From Pseudomonadota bacterium (GTDB lineage: Bacteria; Pseudomonadota; Alphaproteobacteria; MED-G09): a stretch of 46,581 nt of DNA. Positions 8,209-16,401 of the stretch are shown in pieces. The position numbers were made by a program, and so were the translations under genes. The notes beneath the pieces are model-generated. The model did not search any database. It saw nothing but the letters and a program-made list of their open reading frames with translations, and was not told the DNA's origin. Where the stretch lies: assembly GCA_036230365.1 (NCBI GenBank), contig JAZAJI010000038.1:1-46581 (forward strand), given 5' to 3'. The number at the start of each line of letters is the position of its first letter. Position 1 is the first letter of the stretch.

Positions 8209-9528
8209 ATGAAAAAAGACCCTAAAAAAGAAAGAGCAAACAATGTAAGCGGATCAGCTAATGCATTTTATGATGAGGAAGTAAAAATTACTGGAGATCG
8301 CTACACCTCAAAAGACTTTATGGAGAAAGAGTTAAAAAAATTATGGCCTAAAGTCTGGAATATTGGTGGATGGAGCAAAGAATTACAAAAAGAAGGTGAT
8401 TTTATTACGCATAATATTGGAAGAGAATCAATCCTGATGGTAAGGGAAAAAAATAACAAAATAAAAGCCTTCCATAATGTTTGTCCACATAGAGGTAATA
8501 GACTCATTCATGTTGATTCAGGATTTGTTAAGGATTTTACCTGCACTTATCATGGTTGGAAATTTAACTACTCAGGGGATTTAATATATGCTCAAGATGA
8601 AGATGACTTTCCGCAGGGAAATCCATGCGGAAAAGTAAAATTATCAGAAATACCATGTGAAGAGTATGGCGGTTTCATATGGTATAATATGGATAAAAAA
8701 TGCTTTCCTTTAAAAGGTTTTCTTGGAGAAGTAACTAATTATATAGATAAATATGACAACGAAGGATTAAAGAGAGTTTATTATAAAGTTTGCGAAGTAC
8801 CTTTTAATTGGAAAGCTTTGAGAGATAATTTCTGTGAATCATATCATTTACCTTCAACTCATCCTCAAATTGGTGATTATTATGATGATGATTATAAAAA
8901 TACTGATTTTGAACTTTATGAAACAGGTCATAATCTAATGAAAATGAAAGGCTCTTTACCATCTTTAAGAAACCCAAAAACATTTAAAATGAATGATAAG
9001 TTGGAAGCGGATCTAGTTTATTGGGATTTAAATCCAAAAGATTTCGATGGAAAAGCTCACTTAGTCAGACAAAGTTTACAAACTCAAAAAAGAAAGCTTG
9101 GAGAAAGCAAAGGGTTTAAACATTTTGAAGATTTGCCAGATTCATGGTTAACAGATGCTTTCCATTTTAATATTTTTCCAGGAACATCAATAACTTATAC
9201 TTCTGCTGCTGTATCTTTACAAAGAACAGAGCCTCATCCTACTGACCCAAACAAAGCTATATATGATCACTGGGGATTTGCTTTGAAGCCCAATGATTTG
9301 GATTTAGTTCCTTCTCCAGAAGATATGGTCCCATGGGAAGAGGTCGAAAAAAAAGTAGTTATTTTTGGTGAAGAAACTTTAAGTGATGTGGCCGACCAAG
9401 ACCTTGTTAGAGCAAGCGCTCAACAATTAGGTTTTCATTCAAGTGGTTTTGAAGGGGCTTACTTATCTGGACAAGAAAATCGTGTCCAACAATTTCATAA
9501 TTTTATTGATAGATACATTAATAATTGA
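8209..9528 (+). CDS. Rieske non-heme iron oxygenase, alpha subunit
   Basis: Rieske motif CPHRGNRL-x15-CTYHGW (C92, H94, C112, H115; nt about 8482-8553). Mononuclear iron motif DNFCESYHLPSTH. Confidence 0.85.
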   Translation: MKKDPKKERANNVSGSANAFYDEEVKITGDRYTSKDFMEKELKKLWPKVWNIGGWSKELQKEGDFITHNIGRESILMVREKNNKIKAFHNVCPHRGNRLIHVDSGFVKDFTCTYHGWKFNYSGDLIYAQDEDDFPQGNPCGKVKLSEIPCEEYGGFIWYNMDKKCFPLKGFLGEVTNYIDKYDNEGLKRVYYKVCEVPFNWKALRDNFCESYHLPSTHPQIGDYYDDDYKNTDFELYETGHNLMKMKGSLPSLRNPKTFKMNDKLEADLVYWDLNPKDFDGKAHLVRQSLQTQKRKLGESKGFKHFEDLPDSWLTDAFHFNIFPGTSITYTSAAVSLQRTEPHPTDPNKAIYDHWGFALKPNDLDLVPSPEDMVPWEEVEKKVVIFGEETLSDVADQDLVRASAQQLGFHSSGFEGAYLSGQENRVQQFHNFIDRYINN

Positions 9529-9617
9529 TGCTAGATACCATTCAAGACAAATAATTTATTTGTTAAAAAACAAAATTTTATCTAAATTATTAGAAATATA
9601 TTTCTTAGGGGAAAGAA

Positions 9618-11054
9618 ATGGACAAAATTTTTAGGCATCCATCAGTAATTGATGGTAAAGACCCCAATAATTTGAGAGGAGATCCAATAACTAATGATCG
9701 CTATTTCTCAAAAGACTTTATGCAAAAAGAATGGAAGAGTATGTGGACAAAAGTCTGGCTTATTGCGGGCAGGGAAGTCCAAATAAAAGAACCAGGAGAT
9801 TATATTGTCCATGATCTTGCTACAGAATCAGTCATCATCGTTAGACAAAAAGACGGTTCTTTAAGGGGTTTTTATAATAGTTGTGCACATAGGGGGCAAA
9901 GAATTGTTGAGTGCGATAGCTCGCAAGATTCGTTTCGATGCCCTTATCATGATTGGCAATTTGGATTAGATGGCGAAGTAATAGGTTGTCCAGATGAAGA
10001 TGATTATCCTCAAGGGAGTCCTATTGGTAAAAGAAGATTAGTTGAGGTTAGGGTTGATACTTGGGATGGATTTATTTTCTACACCATGAATGATGAGGCT
10101 CCTGATCTTTTAGATTATTTAGACCCTCTTCCAGAAATTTATAAAAATCATAATTTCAAAGACCAGATTAGGGCTCAATGGGTAAGAGTTGAACTTGATG
10201 TAAATTGGAAATTCTTTTGCGATAATTTTAATGAATCTTACCACACTCGTTTTGTACATCCACAAGTGCCTTCGGTTATTGATCAAGATCATTTTACTTC
10301 AAGATATGAAATGTTTCCAAAAGGTCATGCAAGAATAATTCAGATGGGCAGACCTTCCTTAAGGGATAGAATTAAAGAAGGAGAAGATCACCCTTTCGAA
10401 ATGATTCTTGAAGATTGGGGGATTGATACCAGTAAATACCCTGATTATGAATCTTTATCTGAGAAAGGCTGGTTAGATTTAAAAGAGGCAAAAAAGAAGC
10501 TTTGGAAAGAAAAAGGATATCACCACTATGAAAATTTATCGGATGAGGAATTAACAGAAAGTCCTTTTCAATTTATTTTTCCAAATATTGCAATGGGAGT
10601 ACAAGCAGATGGTTGCATCCTCTTAAATTGGTTCCCTCATCCTACAGATCCTGAAAAGTGCTTTTTCGATCTTTGGGATATGGGATATCCAATTGGTGGA
10701 TCTGCAAAAGGTATAGGTAAAACAGGTAGAGATACCGATAAAGGATTCACCTCAACCTCAGCAGGCATAGGCAAACAAGATTTAGCTAATAATCAAGAAT
10801 TTCTTAGTCGCACTAAAGTAAATCCAGTTAAACTTCAGGAAGTTGAATTAGATTTTCGAGATTATGATGGAGGAAAAGGCGTTGAAGATCTTTGGGATCA
10901 TGTTGTTTATCAAGACTGGCAACTCACTGATGGATTACGACGTGGTGTAAGATCTAAAGGGTATCAAGAGCCTTATTTGTCAGGGCAAGAATCCCGAGTT
11001 AGATACTTTCATGAAACTTTACATGATTACCTGAACGGGAAACCGCCAAAATAA
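9618..11054 (+). CDS. Rieske non-heme iron oxygenase, alpha subunit (paralogue)
   Basis: CAHRGQRI..CPYHDWQF and DNFNESYHTRFVH. The N-terminal block YFSKDFMQKEWKSMWTKVW is almost identical to 16402-17766. Confidence 0.85.
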   Translation: MDKIFRHPSVIDGKDPNNLRGDPITNDRYFSKDFMQKEWKSMWTKVWLIAGREVQIKEPGDYIVHDLATESVIIVRQKDGSLRGFYNSCAHRGQRIVECDSSQDSFRCPYHDWQFGLDGEVIGCPDEDDYPQGSPIGKRRLVEVRVDTWDGFIFYTMNDEAPDLLDYLDPLPEIYKNHNFKDQIRAQWVRVELDVNWKFFCDNFNESYHTRFVHPQVPSVIDQDHFTSRYEMFPKGHARIIQMGRPSLRDRIKEGEDHPFEMILEDWGIDTSKYPDYESLSEKGWLDLKEAKKKLWKEKGYHHYENLSDEELTESPFQFIFPNIAMGVQADGCILLNWFPHPTDPEKCFFDLWDMGYPIGGSAKGIGKTGRDTDKGFTSTSAGIGKQDLANNQEFLSRTKVNPVKLQEVELDFRDYDGGKGVEDLWDHVVYQDWQLTDGLRRGVRSKGYQEPYLSGQESRVRYFHETLHDYLNGKPPK

Positions 11055-11060
11055 TATTTG

Positions 11061-11477
11061 TCAATCTATTAAAACAACTTCGTTAAAGACTTTGTTATTC
11101 TTTAAATCTACATCCCATATTACAAAATTTTGTTCGCCATTACTAAGATCGTCCAAGCTATGGATTCGAAAAGTTGTTCCACCTCCGCTCCAAACACCTC
11201 TTAAGTGAGCCTGAACCATTTCTGATTCAGGGTTAAAATTTCTAGCAAATCCCTCAAAAAGACCGTGTGTTTTATTCCAACCATTTGTGTATAGAGTCCA
11301 AGTGGCTAATACTTTTCCATATTTTCCTACATTACCTTCGCCGGAAATTGTAATTCCCTTTTCTGACGAATAAACATTAGTAATATCAAACTCTCCTTTG
11401 TTTGAGTTAGATAGATCTAAGGCAGAAATTTGTATAGAAATAAATATACACATTATAAATATAATTAACTTATTCAT
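11061..11477 (-). CDS. Small secreted protein, unknown function
   Basis: Signal peptide MNKLIIFIMCIFISIQISA. 138 aa, beta-rich composition. SD AAAGGA. Confidence 0.5.
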   Translation of the reverse strand: MNKLIIFIMCIFISIQISALDLSNSNKGEFDITNVYSSEKGITISGEGNVGKYGKVLATWTLYTNGWNKTHGLFEGFARNFNPESEMVQAHLRGVWSGGGTTFRIHSLDDLSNGEQNFVIWDVDLKNNKVFNEVVLID

Positions 11478-11490
11478 TTTTTATCCTTTC

Positions 11491-11517
11491 AAAAAAAACG
11501 CCCATTTCTGGGCGTTT
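11491..11517 (-). terminator. Rho-independent terminator after 11540-11950
   Basis: Stem aaacgccca/tgggcgttt (11496-11504 and 11509-11517), loop tttc, followed on the minus strand by a T run. Confidence 0.8.
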
Positions 11518-11539
11518 AATTATACATTTTGTTATAAAC

Positions 11540-11950
11540 TTAGTTATTTTTAGGTAACCATATTTGACCAAGAATAATTATTCCTGATATTACAATAAAA
11601 GCTATACCTAGAGGCGTAGGAGTTGTCGTAGCTTCAGTTGTGCCTACAAAAGCAAGATAACCTTCAGCTGTGCTGGAAATTTCTGTTCCACTTGCCTTAA
11701 GTCCTTCTAAATTATTAGCTGCAGCGATCCAAGTATTTGCACCTACTCTGTATTGAATCCAAGTAAAAGCAAGAACAACTATCCCGAAAGCGCTTGAAAC
11801 AATTTTCCCAAATAAATTAGTTTCACTGCTATTACGAGTTGCAACCGCTACTCTCATTGCAAGCCATATAGATAACAAAGTTCCGATCCCTATAAGACCG
11901 CCGCCAATTCTATTTGAGCTCCATAAAGTCCATATTTCTAATTCTGTCAT
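11540..11950 (-). CDS. Small membrane protein, unknown function
   Basis: 136 aa with 3-4 hydrophobic helices. SD AAGGAG. Confidence 0.5.
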   Translation of the reverse strand: MTELEIWTLWSSNRIGGGLIGIGTLLSIWLAMRVAVATRNSSETNLFGKIVSSAFGIVVLAFTWIQYRVGANTWIAAANNLEGLKASGTEISSTAEGYLAFVGTTEATTTPTPLGIAFIVISGIIILGQIWLPKNN

Positions 11951-11977
11951 TTTTAATCTCCTTAATTAATATAAAAT

Positions 11978-11992
11978 TGAGAATGATTTTCA
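11978..11992. promoter_or_regulatory. Fur-box-like 7-1-7 palindrome TGAGAAT-g-ATTTTCA upstream of 11540-11950
   Basis: 12 of 14 defined positions match TGATAAT-N-ATTATCA. It lies 28-42 nt upstream of the ATG at 11950. Confidence 0.35.
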
Positions 11993-12038
11993 TCTAATAA
12001 GAAATTATTCAATTAAGCGATACTTTTTTTAAAGTTAT

Positions 12039-12047
12039 TGTGGATAA
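12039..12047 (-). promoter_or_regulatory. Perfect DnaA-box 9-mer (TTATCCACA on the minus strand) inside the inverted repeat AAGTTAT-N5-ATAACTT (12032-12050)
   Basis: The plus strand reads aagttatTGTGGATAActt. The match is exact; the function is unproven. Confidence 0.3.
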
Positions 12048-12089
12048 CTTCTCTAAGACTTTGTTTAAATTAAATTTATTAGATAAAAG

Positions 12090-12245
12090 TTAAGAAGCAA
12101 ACTTAGTTTTAATCTTTTGTTTTTTTACTTTCATTCTATGAAGCTGTGAATATAAGTTTTCTGTTCTTTTTTTGGTAATTATTTTTATACTTGATCTTCT
12201 TTTTCTTGCTCTTTCTGATCTACTTAATCTTTCTGCTTTATTCAT
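12090..12245 (-). CDS. Candidate small, very basic protein (51 aa), not in the ORF track
   Basis: My translation: MNKAERLSRSERARKRRSSIKIITKKRTENLYSQLHRMKVKKQKIKTKFAS. It starts 40 nt downstream of the EthD stop on the same strand. No clear SD and no family recognised. Confidence 0.3.
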   Translation of the reverse strand: MNKAERLSRSERARKRRSSIKIITKKRTENLYSQLHRMKVKKQKIKTKFAS

Positions 12246-12254
12246 ATTTAATAA

Positions 12255-12269
12255 TAAGAATGATTCTTA
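12255..12269. promoter_or_regulatory. Perfect 7-1-7 palindrome TAAGAAT-g-ATTCTTA
   Basis: Shares 12 of 15 positions with the site at 11978-11992. It lies 10-24 nt upstream of the candidate small ORF. Confidence 0.3.
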
Positions 12270-12285
12270 AAAATTTTTCAAATCT

Positions 12286-12648
12286 TTAAGTATTATTAAT
12301 ATTTGATTCATGCTCCTCAACAATATATGAACGCATCATAGATAAATCGAATATTTTCTCTTCATCCTCATTAATTTCTCTTTTTATTTCAGGTTCTTGA
12401 AGATTTTTTCCACAAGCCTCAAAAGTTTCCATATCCGGGTACCAAATCTCCATAAGCACATCAAACTCTGGATCAGTTATATTTCCTGATCTATCAGGAA
12501 GAGGTTCAGTAAATCTTCTTATGTATTTAATTGCATAGCCAGAAAGATATTTCTCTCCAATAACTCTATGTTTTGTTTCGTAATAGTCTCTAAATTCACT
12601 AATAGACATACCAGGTCTTCTCTTCATAGGCATAATAACTTTTATCAT
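12286..12648 (-). CDS. EthD-family protein (dimeric alpha/beta barrel)
   Basis: 120 aa. MIKVIMPMKRRPGMSISEFRDYYETKH is the typical EthD N-terminus. Confidence 0.65.
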   Translation of the reverse strand: MIKVIMPMKRRPGMSISEFRDYYETKHRVIGEKYLSGYAIKYIRRFTEPLPDRSGNITDPEFDVLMEIWYPDMETFEACGKNLQEPEIKREINEDEEKIFDLSMMRSYIVEEHESNINNT

Positions 12649-12709
12649 TTCAAATATCCTTTGATTTTATAATAATTAATTAAATTTTAAGATTAACGAC
12701 AAATTATCG

Positions 12710-13909
12710 CTACTCAATAACCTTAAAAGTAACCCCGGCATCAGGTAATCTTTTAATTAATGAATCTCCCATTGCCGATGCGGGAGTCCAAAAACCTCCC
12801 CCAACATTTAAATTGTCTTGAGCTAAAGCCATAGCGCTTTCTGCAATCATTTTTGAAGTAGATCTATATCCTGGATCTTTATCTCCCTCTACCCATACTC
12901 TCAAATCTTTACTTCTATCGTTTGGATGAATTCCCAATAATTCTACCTCAAAATATCCCTTTTCCATCGTTTCTTCTGAAGGACCTTCTCCAGGCTTAGG
13001 AAGAAATTTTTGCATTAATGTTCTAGTGGGTGAAAAAGCTGCCATGCCTGACATTCCACCTGTAACTAAACCTGAAGTTGTCGCGCCTATAAAACCTCCA
13101 GGACCTTTTCCTGTTATACTTCCTTCGTCATAACGAAAATCTTCACCATATATCTGATTTAGCAATTCATTAGTTCTTCGTACAACCCTTGTATTTATCC
13201 CTGCCATAATAAATGGTCCTACCCATGCATCAAAATCTTCATCAAAAAAAGGCGCCATCTTATCTGGTCCATCTTGTCCATTAATTTTATCATTAAGGGC
13301 ATAAGGATTAGATATAGTTTTTAGAATTGATGAGTCTTTTTTTGCTTGCTCCATCATAGACATTAAACTATCTACCGTTCCACCACTTGCCCCACCAGAA
13401 AACCCTCTTGTTCGATATTTAATATGCTTTGCATTGACGCCATGTATTTCTTTCATCTTCTTTTGCAAGAAATAAACACCTATATCTGATGGAATGCTAT
13501 CAAATCCACAAGTATGGACAATTCGGGCACCACTGTCTTTAGCGACATCCTGATATTTAGTTATCATATCTCTCATCCAATGAACTTCTCCCGTTAAATC
13601 ACAATAATGGGTGCCATTTTCTGCGCACACCTCCACTAACTCCGATCCATATCTTGCATATGGCCCAACAGTTGTAAGAATAACTTTTGTTTGCTTAACT
13701 AATTCTACTAAAGATTCTTTATCATGACTGTCAGCAATAAGAATAGGGGCTTCTCTTTCCCCAAGAATTTCTTTTAGTTTGGACTCATTTCTACCAGCAA
13801 CTGCCCAAGTCAGATTACTTTTGCTTTGATTTTTATGTATATAATCAATAACTAATCGACCTGTAAAACCACTAGCTCCCCAAATAATAATATCATAGGG
13901 TTTTTCCAT
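12710..13909 (-). CDS. Saccharopine dehydrogenase-like NAD(P)-binding oxidoreductase (SCCPDH / trans-acting enoyl reductase family)
   Basis: YDIIIWGASGFTGRLV Rossmann motif, TTVGPYARYG, HYCDLTGE, CGFDSIPSD. Confidence 0.75.
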   Translation of the reverse strand: MEKPYDIIIWGASGFTGRLVIDYIHKNQSKSNLTWAVAGRNESKLKEILGEREAPILIADSHDKESLVELVKQTKVILTTVGPYARYGSELVEVCAENGTHYCDLTGEVHWMRDMITKYQDVAKDSGARIVHTCGFDSIPSDIGVYFLQKKMKEIHGVNAKHIKYRTRGFSGGASGGTVDSLMSMMEQAKKDSSILKTISNPYALNDKINGQDGPDKMAPFFDEDFDAWVGPFIMAGINTRVVRRTNELLNQIYGEDFRYDEGSITGKGPGGFIGATTSGLVTGGMSGMAAFSPTRTLMQKFLPKPGEGPSEETMEKGYFEVELLGIHPNDRSKDLRVWVEGDKDPGYRSTSKMIAESAMALAQDNLNVGGGFWTPASAMGDSLIKRLPDAGVTFKVIE

Positions 13910-13930
13910 AATTTTCTCCTTAAAGTTTTT

Positions 13931-14392
13931 CTATCTTATTTGAAAAGGATCACTAATTTCATCCTGTTCATTAGTTAACGGATTATCATAAAGACATTTT
14001 TCGATTAAGACAGTATCAAAAAAGGCATGTAATTCTTTTATTTTTCCATCTTTAAGAGTAAAAATTTCACAATAAGTTTGCTCATAAGATTCACCCTTTT
14101 TTGTAGGACCGCCTCCTTGCATCATACCAACAACCCTGTCACCTTCGGCTGCAACAATTTTCCATGATTTAGAGAATTTAATATTTTCCGGCACCAATTT
14201 CTCAAGAAGCTTTTCTGCAATCATTCCATTGCAACAAGCATCTTTTCCATAAATTCTTCCTGAAACCGGTGTAGAACCAAGCATATTATAAATAACATCA
14301 TCATGATGCATATCAAAGATGGTTTCAAAATCACCTTCCGCAAGCGCTATATACCATTTTTCGATTAGTTTTTTATTTTCAGTAACACTCAT
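13931..14392 (-). CDS. SnoaL-like / NTF2-fold protein (ketosteroid-isomerase-like)
   Basis: 153 aa. NKKLIEKWYIALAEGDFETIFDM.HDDV and a C-terminal DGKIKELHAFFD pattern. Confidence 0.65.
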   Translation of the reverse strand: MSVTENKKLIEKWYIALAEGDFETIFDMHHDDVIYNMLGSTPVSGRIYGKDACCNGMIAEKLLEKLVPENIKFSKSWKIVAAEGDRVVGMMQGGGPTKKGESYEQTYCEIFTLKDGKIKELHAFFDTVLIEKCLYDNPLTNEQDEISDPFQIR

Positions 14393-14431
14393 AAAATTAA
14401 TCTAGACCAATAAAATTTTCTTACAATAGAT

Positions 14432-14863
14432 TTAATCAGCTTTAGCTAAATAAGTATCTCCAGATTCCCAATTAACATCTATAGGGCCCATAGAAATAAG
14501 AATAAATTCACACCCTTCTTCACCAGATTCTTCCGGTCCGTACATATGGTTTGCCCTTACCCATCTAACATCTCCTTTCTTGTACCATCCAGTTCCATCA
14601 TTAAAAGTCATAGTTCCACGCATTATAATATAAATTGTATCTGCTGCATGTGAATGCACATCGGCTTTTGTGTTCGGTGGAAATTTATTGGGAACTATCC
14701 AAGGGCCTTTTTCCCAGTTTTCGCCCATAAACTTAACTTTGACAATATCAGTCATATGTTTAAAAAAATCTGGAGATGTTTCAGGATCAACAAAGGTTGT
14801 CCATTCTCCATCATCTAGGCTCGCTTTTCCCCGCCAGTCATTATAATTCGCTATCGTTTCCAT
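14432..14863 (-). CDS. Cupin-domain protein
   Basis: HSHAADTIYIIMRGTMTF and GPEESGEEGCEFI cupin motifs. SD GGGGGAA. Confidence 0.6.
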   Translation of the reverse strand: METIANYNDWRGKASLDDGEWTTFVDPETSPDFFKHMTDIVKVKFMGENWEKGPWIVPNKFPPNTKADVHSHAADTIYIIMRGTMTFNDGTGWYKKGDVRWVRANHMYGPEESGEEGCEFILISMGPIDVNWESGDTYLAKAD

Positions 14864-14911
14864 TTTTCCCCCTTATTTGAATTCTTATAATTTTTAGCCT
14901 ATATAAATTAT

Positions 14912-15886
14912 ATGAGATTTCTATTAATTTTTTCTTTAATAGCTACATATAGTTTTTCTTCATATTCGGAAGAAAGGTTTTCTAATAGCGATAATTCGTC
15001 AAACGAAAGAAGCTTTAGCGAAATACTAAAATGGAGCTTTAATAGAGAAAGCCCAAACCCAGAATATCTTGAAATAAAAAAGTTAAAAGATCCTAGCATC
15101 CTAAAAAATGACAGTCCTTATGCAGTTTGGATAGGTCATGCAAGTTTCTTAGTTTTTAATGGAGATATTACTATACTTTTTGACCCAATTTTTTCTGAAA
15201 GAGCTTCTCCTTTAAAATTTGCCGGACCTAAAAGATTAATTAAACCTGCCCTAAAAATTTCAGAATTACCTAAGATTGATATAATTGCTATCAGTCATAA
15301 TCATTATGATCATCTCGACATACCAAGCTTAAAGAAAGTACAAAAAAGATTTCCTAATGTTAGAATTCTTGTTCCAAAAGGTGATAAAAAATTATTAAAT
15401 AAATATAGTTTAAAAAACGGAGAAGAATTTGTTTGGTGGCAAGAAAAAAAAGTTAATAATACCATTCTAACATTTACACCTACACAACATTGGTCAGCGA
15501 GAGGTTTGGGAGATAGAAATAAAAGTTTGTGGGGAAGTTGGTTCTTGAATTATGATAAAAAAAGTATTTTCCATGCAGGTGATACCGGTTATTCAAAAGA
15601 TTTCAAAGAAATAAGAAAAAGGCTTGGTCCTGTTGATTTTGCAATGATACCTATAGGAGCATATGCGCCAAAATGGTTTATGGGTTACTCTCATGTTAAT
15701 CCTGAAGAAGCTTTAAATATAGCTACGGATTTAGATGCCAAGGAAAGTGTAGGAATGCATTGGGGCACCTTTATACTTACTGATGAACCTGTTTTAGAGC
15801 CGAGAACTCGCCTTGATAAAATTACCAAAGATAAAAACATTAACTTTTATACAGTTTTACCAGGAACATTTATTAAAATTAAATAA
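14912..15886 (+). CDS. Secreted MBL-fold metallohydrolase, NAPE-PLD-like
   Basis: Signal peptide MRFLLIFSLIATYSFSS. ISHNHYDHLD metal motif as in N-acyl-phosphatidylethanolamine phospholipase D-type enzymes. GDTGY and HWGTF follow. Confidence 0.7.
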   Translation: MRFLLIFSLIATYSFSSYSEERFSNSDNSSNERSFSEILKWSFNRESPNPEYLEIKKLKDPSILKNDSPYAVWIGHASFLVFNGDITILFDPIFSERASPLKFAGPKRLIKPALKISELPKIDIIAISHNHYDHLDIPSLKKVQKRFPNVRILVPKGDKKLLNKYSLKNGEEFVWWQEKKVNNTILTFTPTQHWSARGLGDRNKSLWGSWFLNYDKKSIFHAGDTGYSKDFKEIRKRLGPVDFAMIPIGAYAPKWFMGYSHVNPEEALNIATDLDAKESVGMHWGTFILTDEPVLEPRTRLDKITKDKNINFYTVLPGTFIKIK

Positions 15887-16366
15887 CTAAGGATTAATTT
15901 TTTTTGAAATTATTTTATATAAAATAAAAATTAAACTAAAAAAGCATAAAATCCACTTACATTGATTAAATAAACTGGCAAAAAATATTTGCGATGTTGA
16001 TATTTCACTAAATGTATAAGAAGACATCATAATCGAGATATAAATATTTTCAGCTAAATCAAAAATTCCTGCTAAAATTGGCAAAAATAAAAAAAAGATT
16101 CTTCTTTCATTAAAATTTAGCAATATCGAAATAAATAATAAGACATAAAGAATTGGAAAAACTGTATCAAGAATTAAAGCCGAATAAATATAATTTATTC
16201 TTCCTTTCTCTCCCAATGCATCAAAAGTCTTTTGGACATCTAAAGAATTAAGACCAAAAGATAAATCCAACATATTTGGATAAATATTATTTGGTAAATT
16301 CTGAAAAATGACGGAACAAAAAATTAAAAGAATTATAATTACCAAAATAGATTTATTTGAAGACAA
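15887..16366 (-). CDS. Membrane protein, unknown function
   Basis: About 5 hydrophobic segments. TTG start at 16366 with no SD; follows the Rieske gene by 35 nt. Confidence 0.4.
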   Translation of the reverse strand: MSSNKSILVIIILLIFCSVIFQNLPNNIYPNMLDLSFGLNSLDVQKTFDALGEKGRINYIYSALILDTVFPILYVLLFISILLNFNERRIFFLFLPILAGIFDLAENIYISIMMSSYTFSEISTSQIFFASLFNQCKWILCFFSLIFILYKIISKKINP

Positions 16367-16401
16367 AATTTTGGAGTTTAATAAATTTGAAAAGATTACT
16401 T

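Noticed and set aside
12255-12269. The TAAGAATgATTCTTA palindrome might be an intrinsic terminator for the EthD operon.
   Set aside because: The stem would be AU-only, about 5 bp with a minimal loop, and no T tract follows it on the minus strand.
11951-12285. The chromosomal replication origin might lie in the 335-bp gap, which has a perfect DnaA box, a second near-box and a 13-mer-like GATC element.
   Set aside because: There are only one perfect and one degenerate box. The flanking genes are not origin-associated (no dnaA, dnaN, gidA, mioC or rpmH). Part of the gap may be coding. I kept this only as a low-interest finding.
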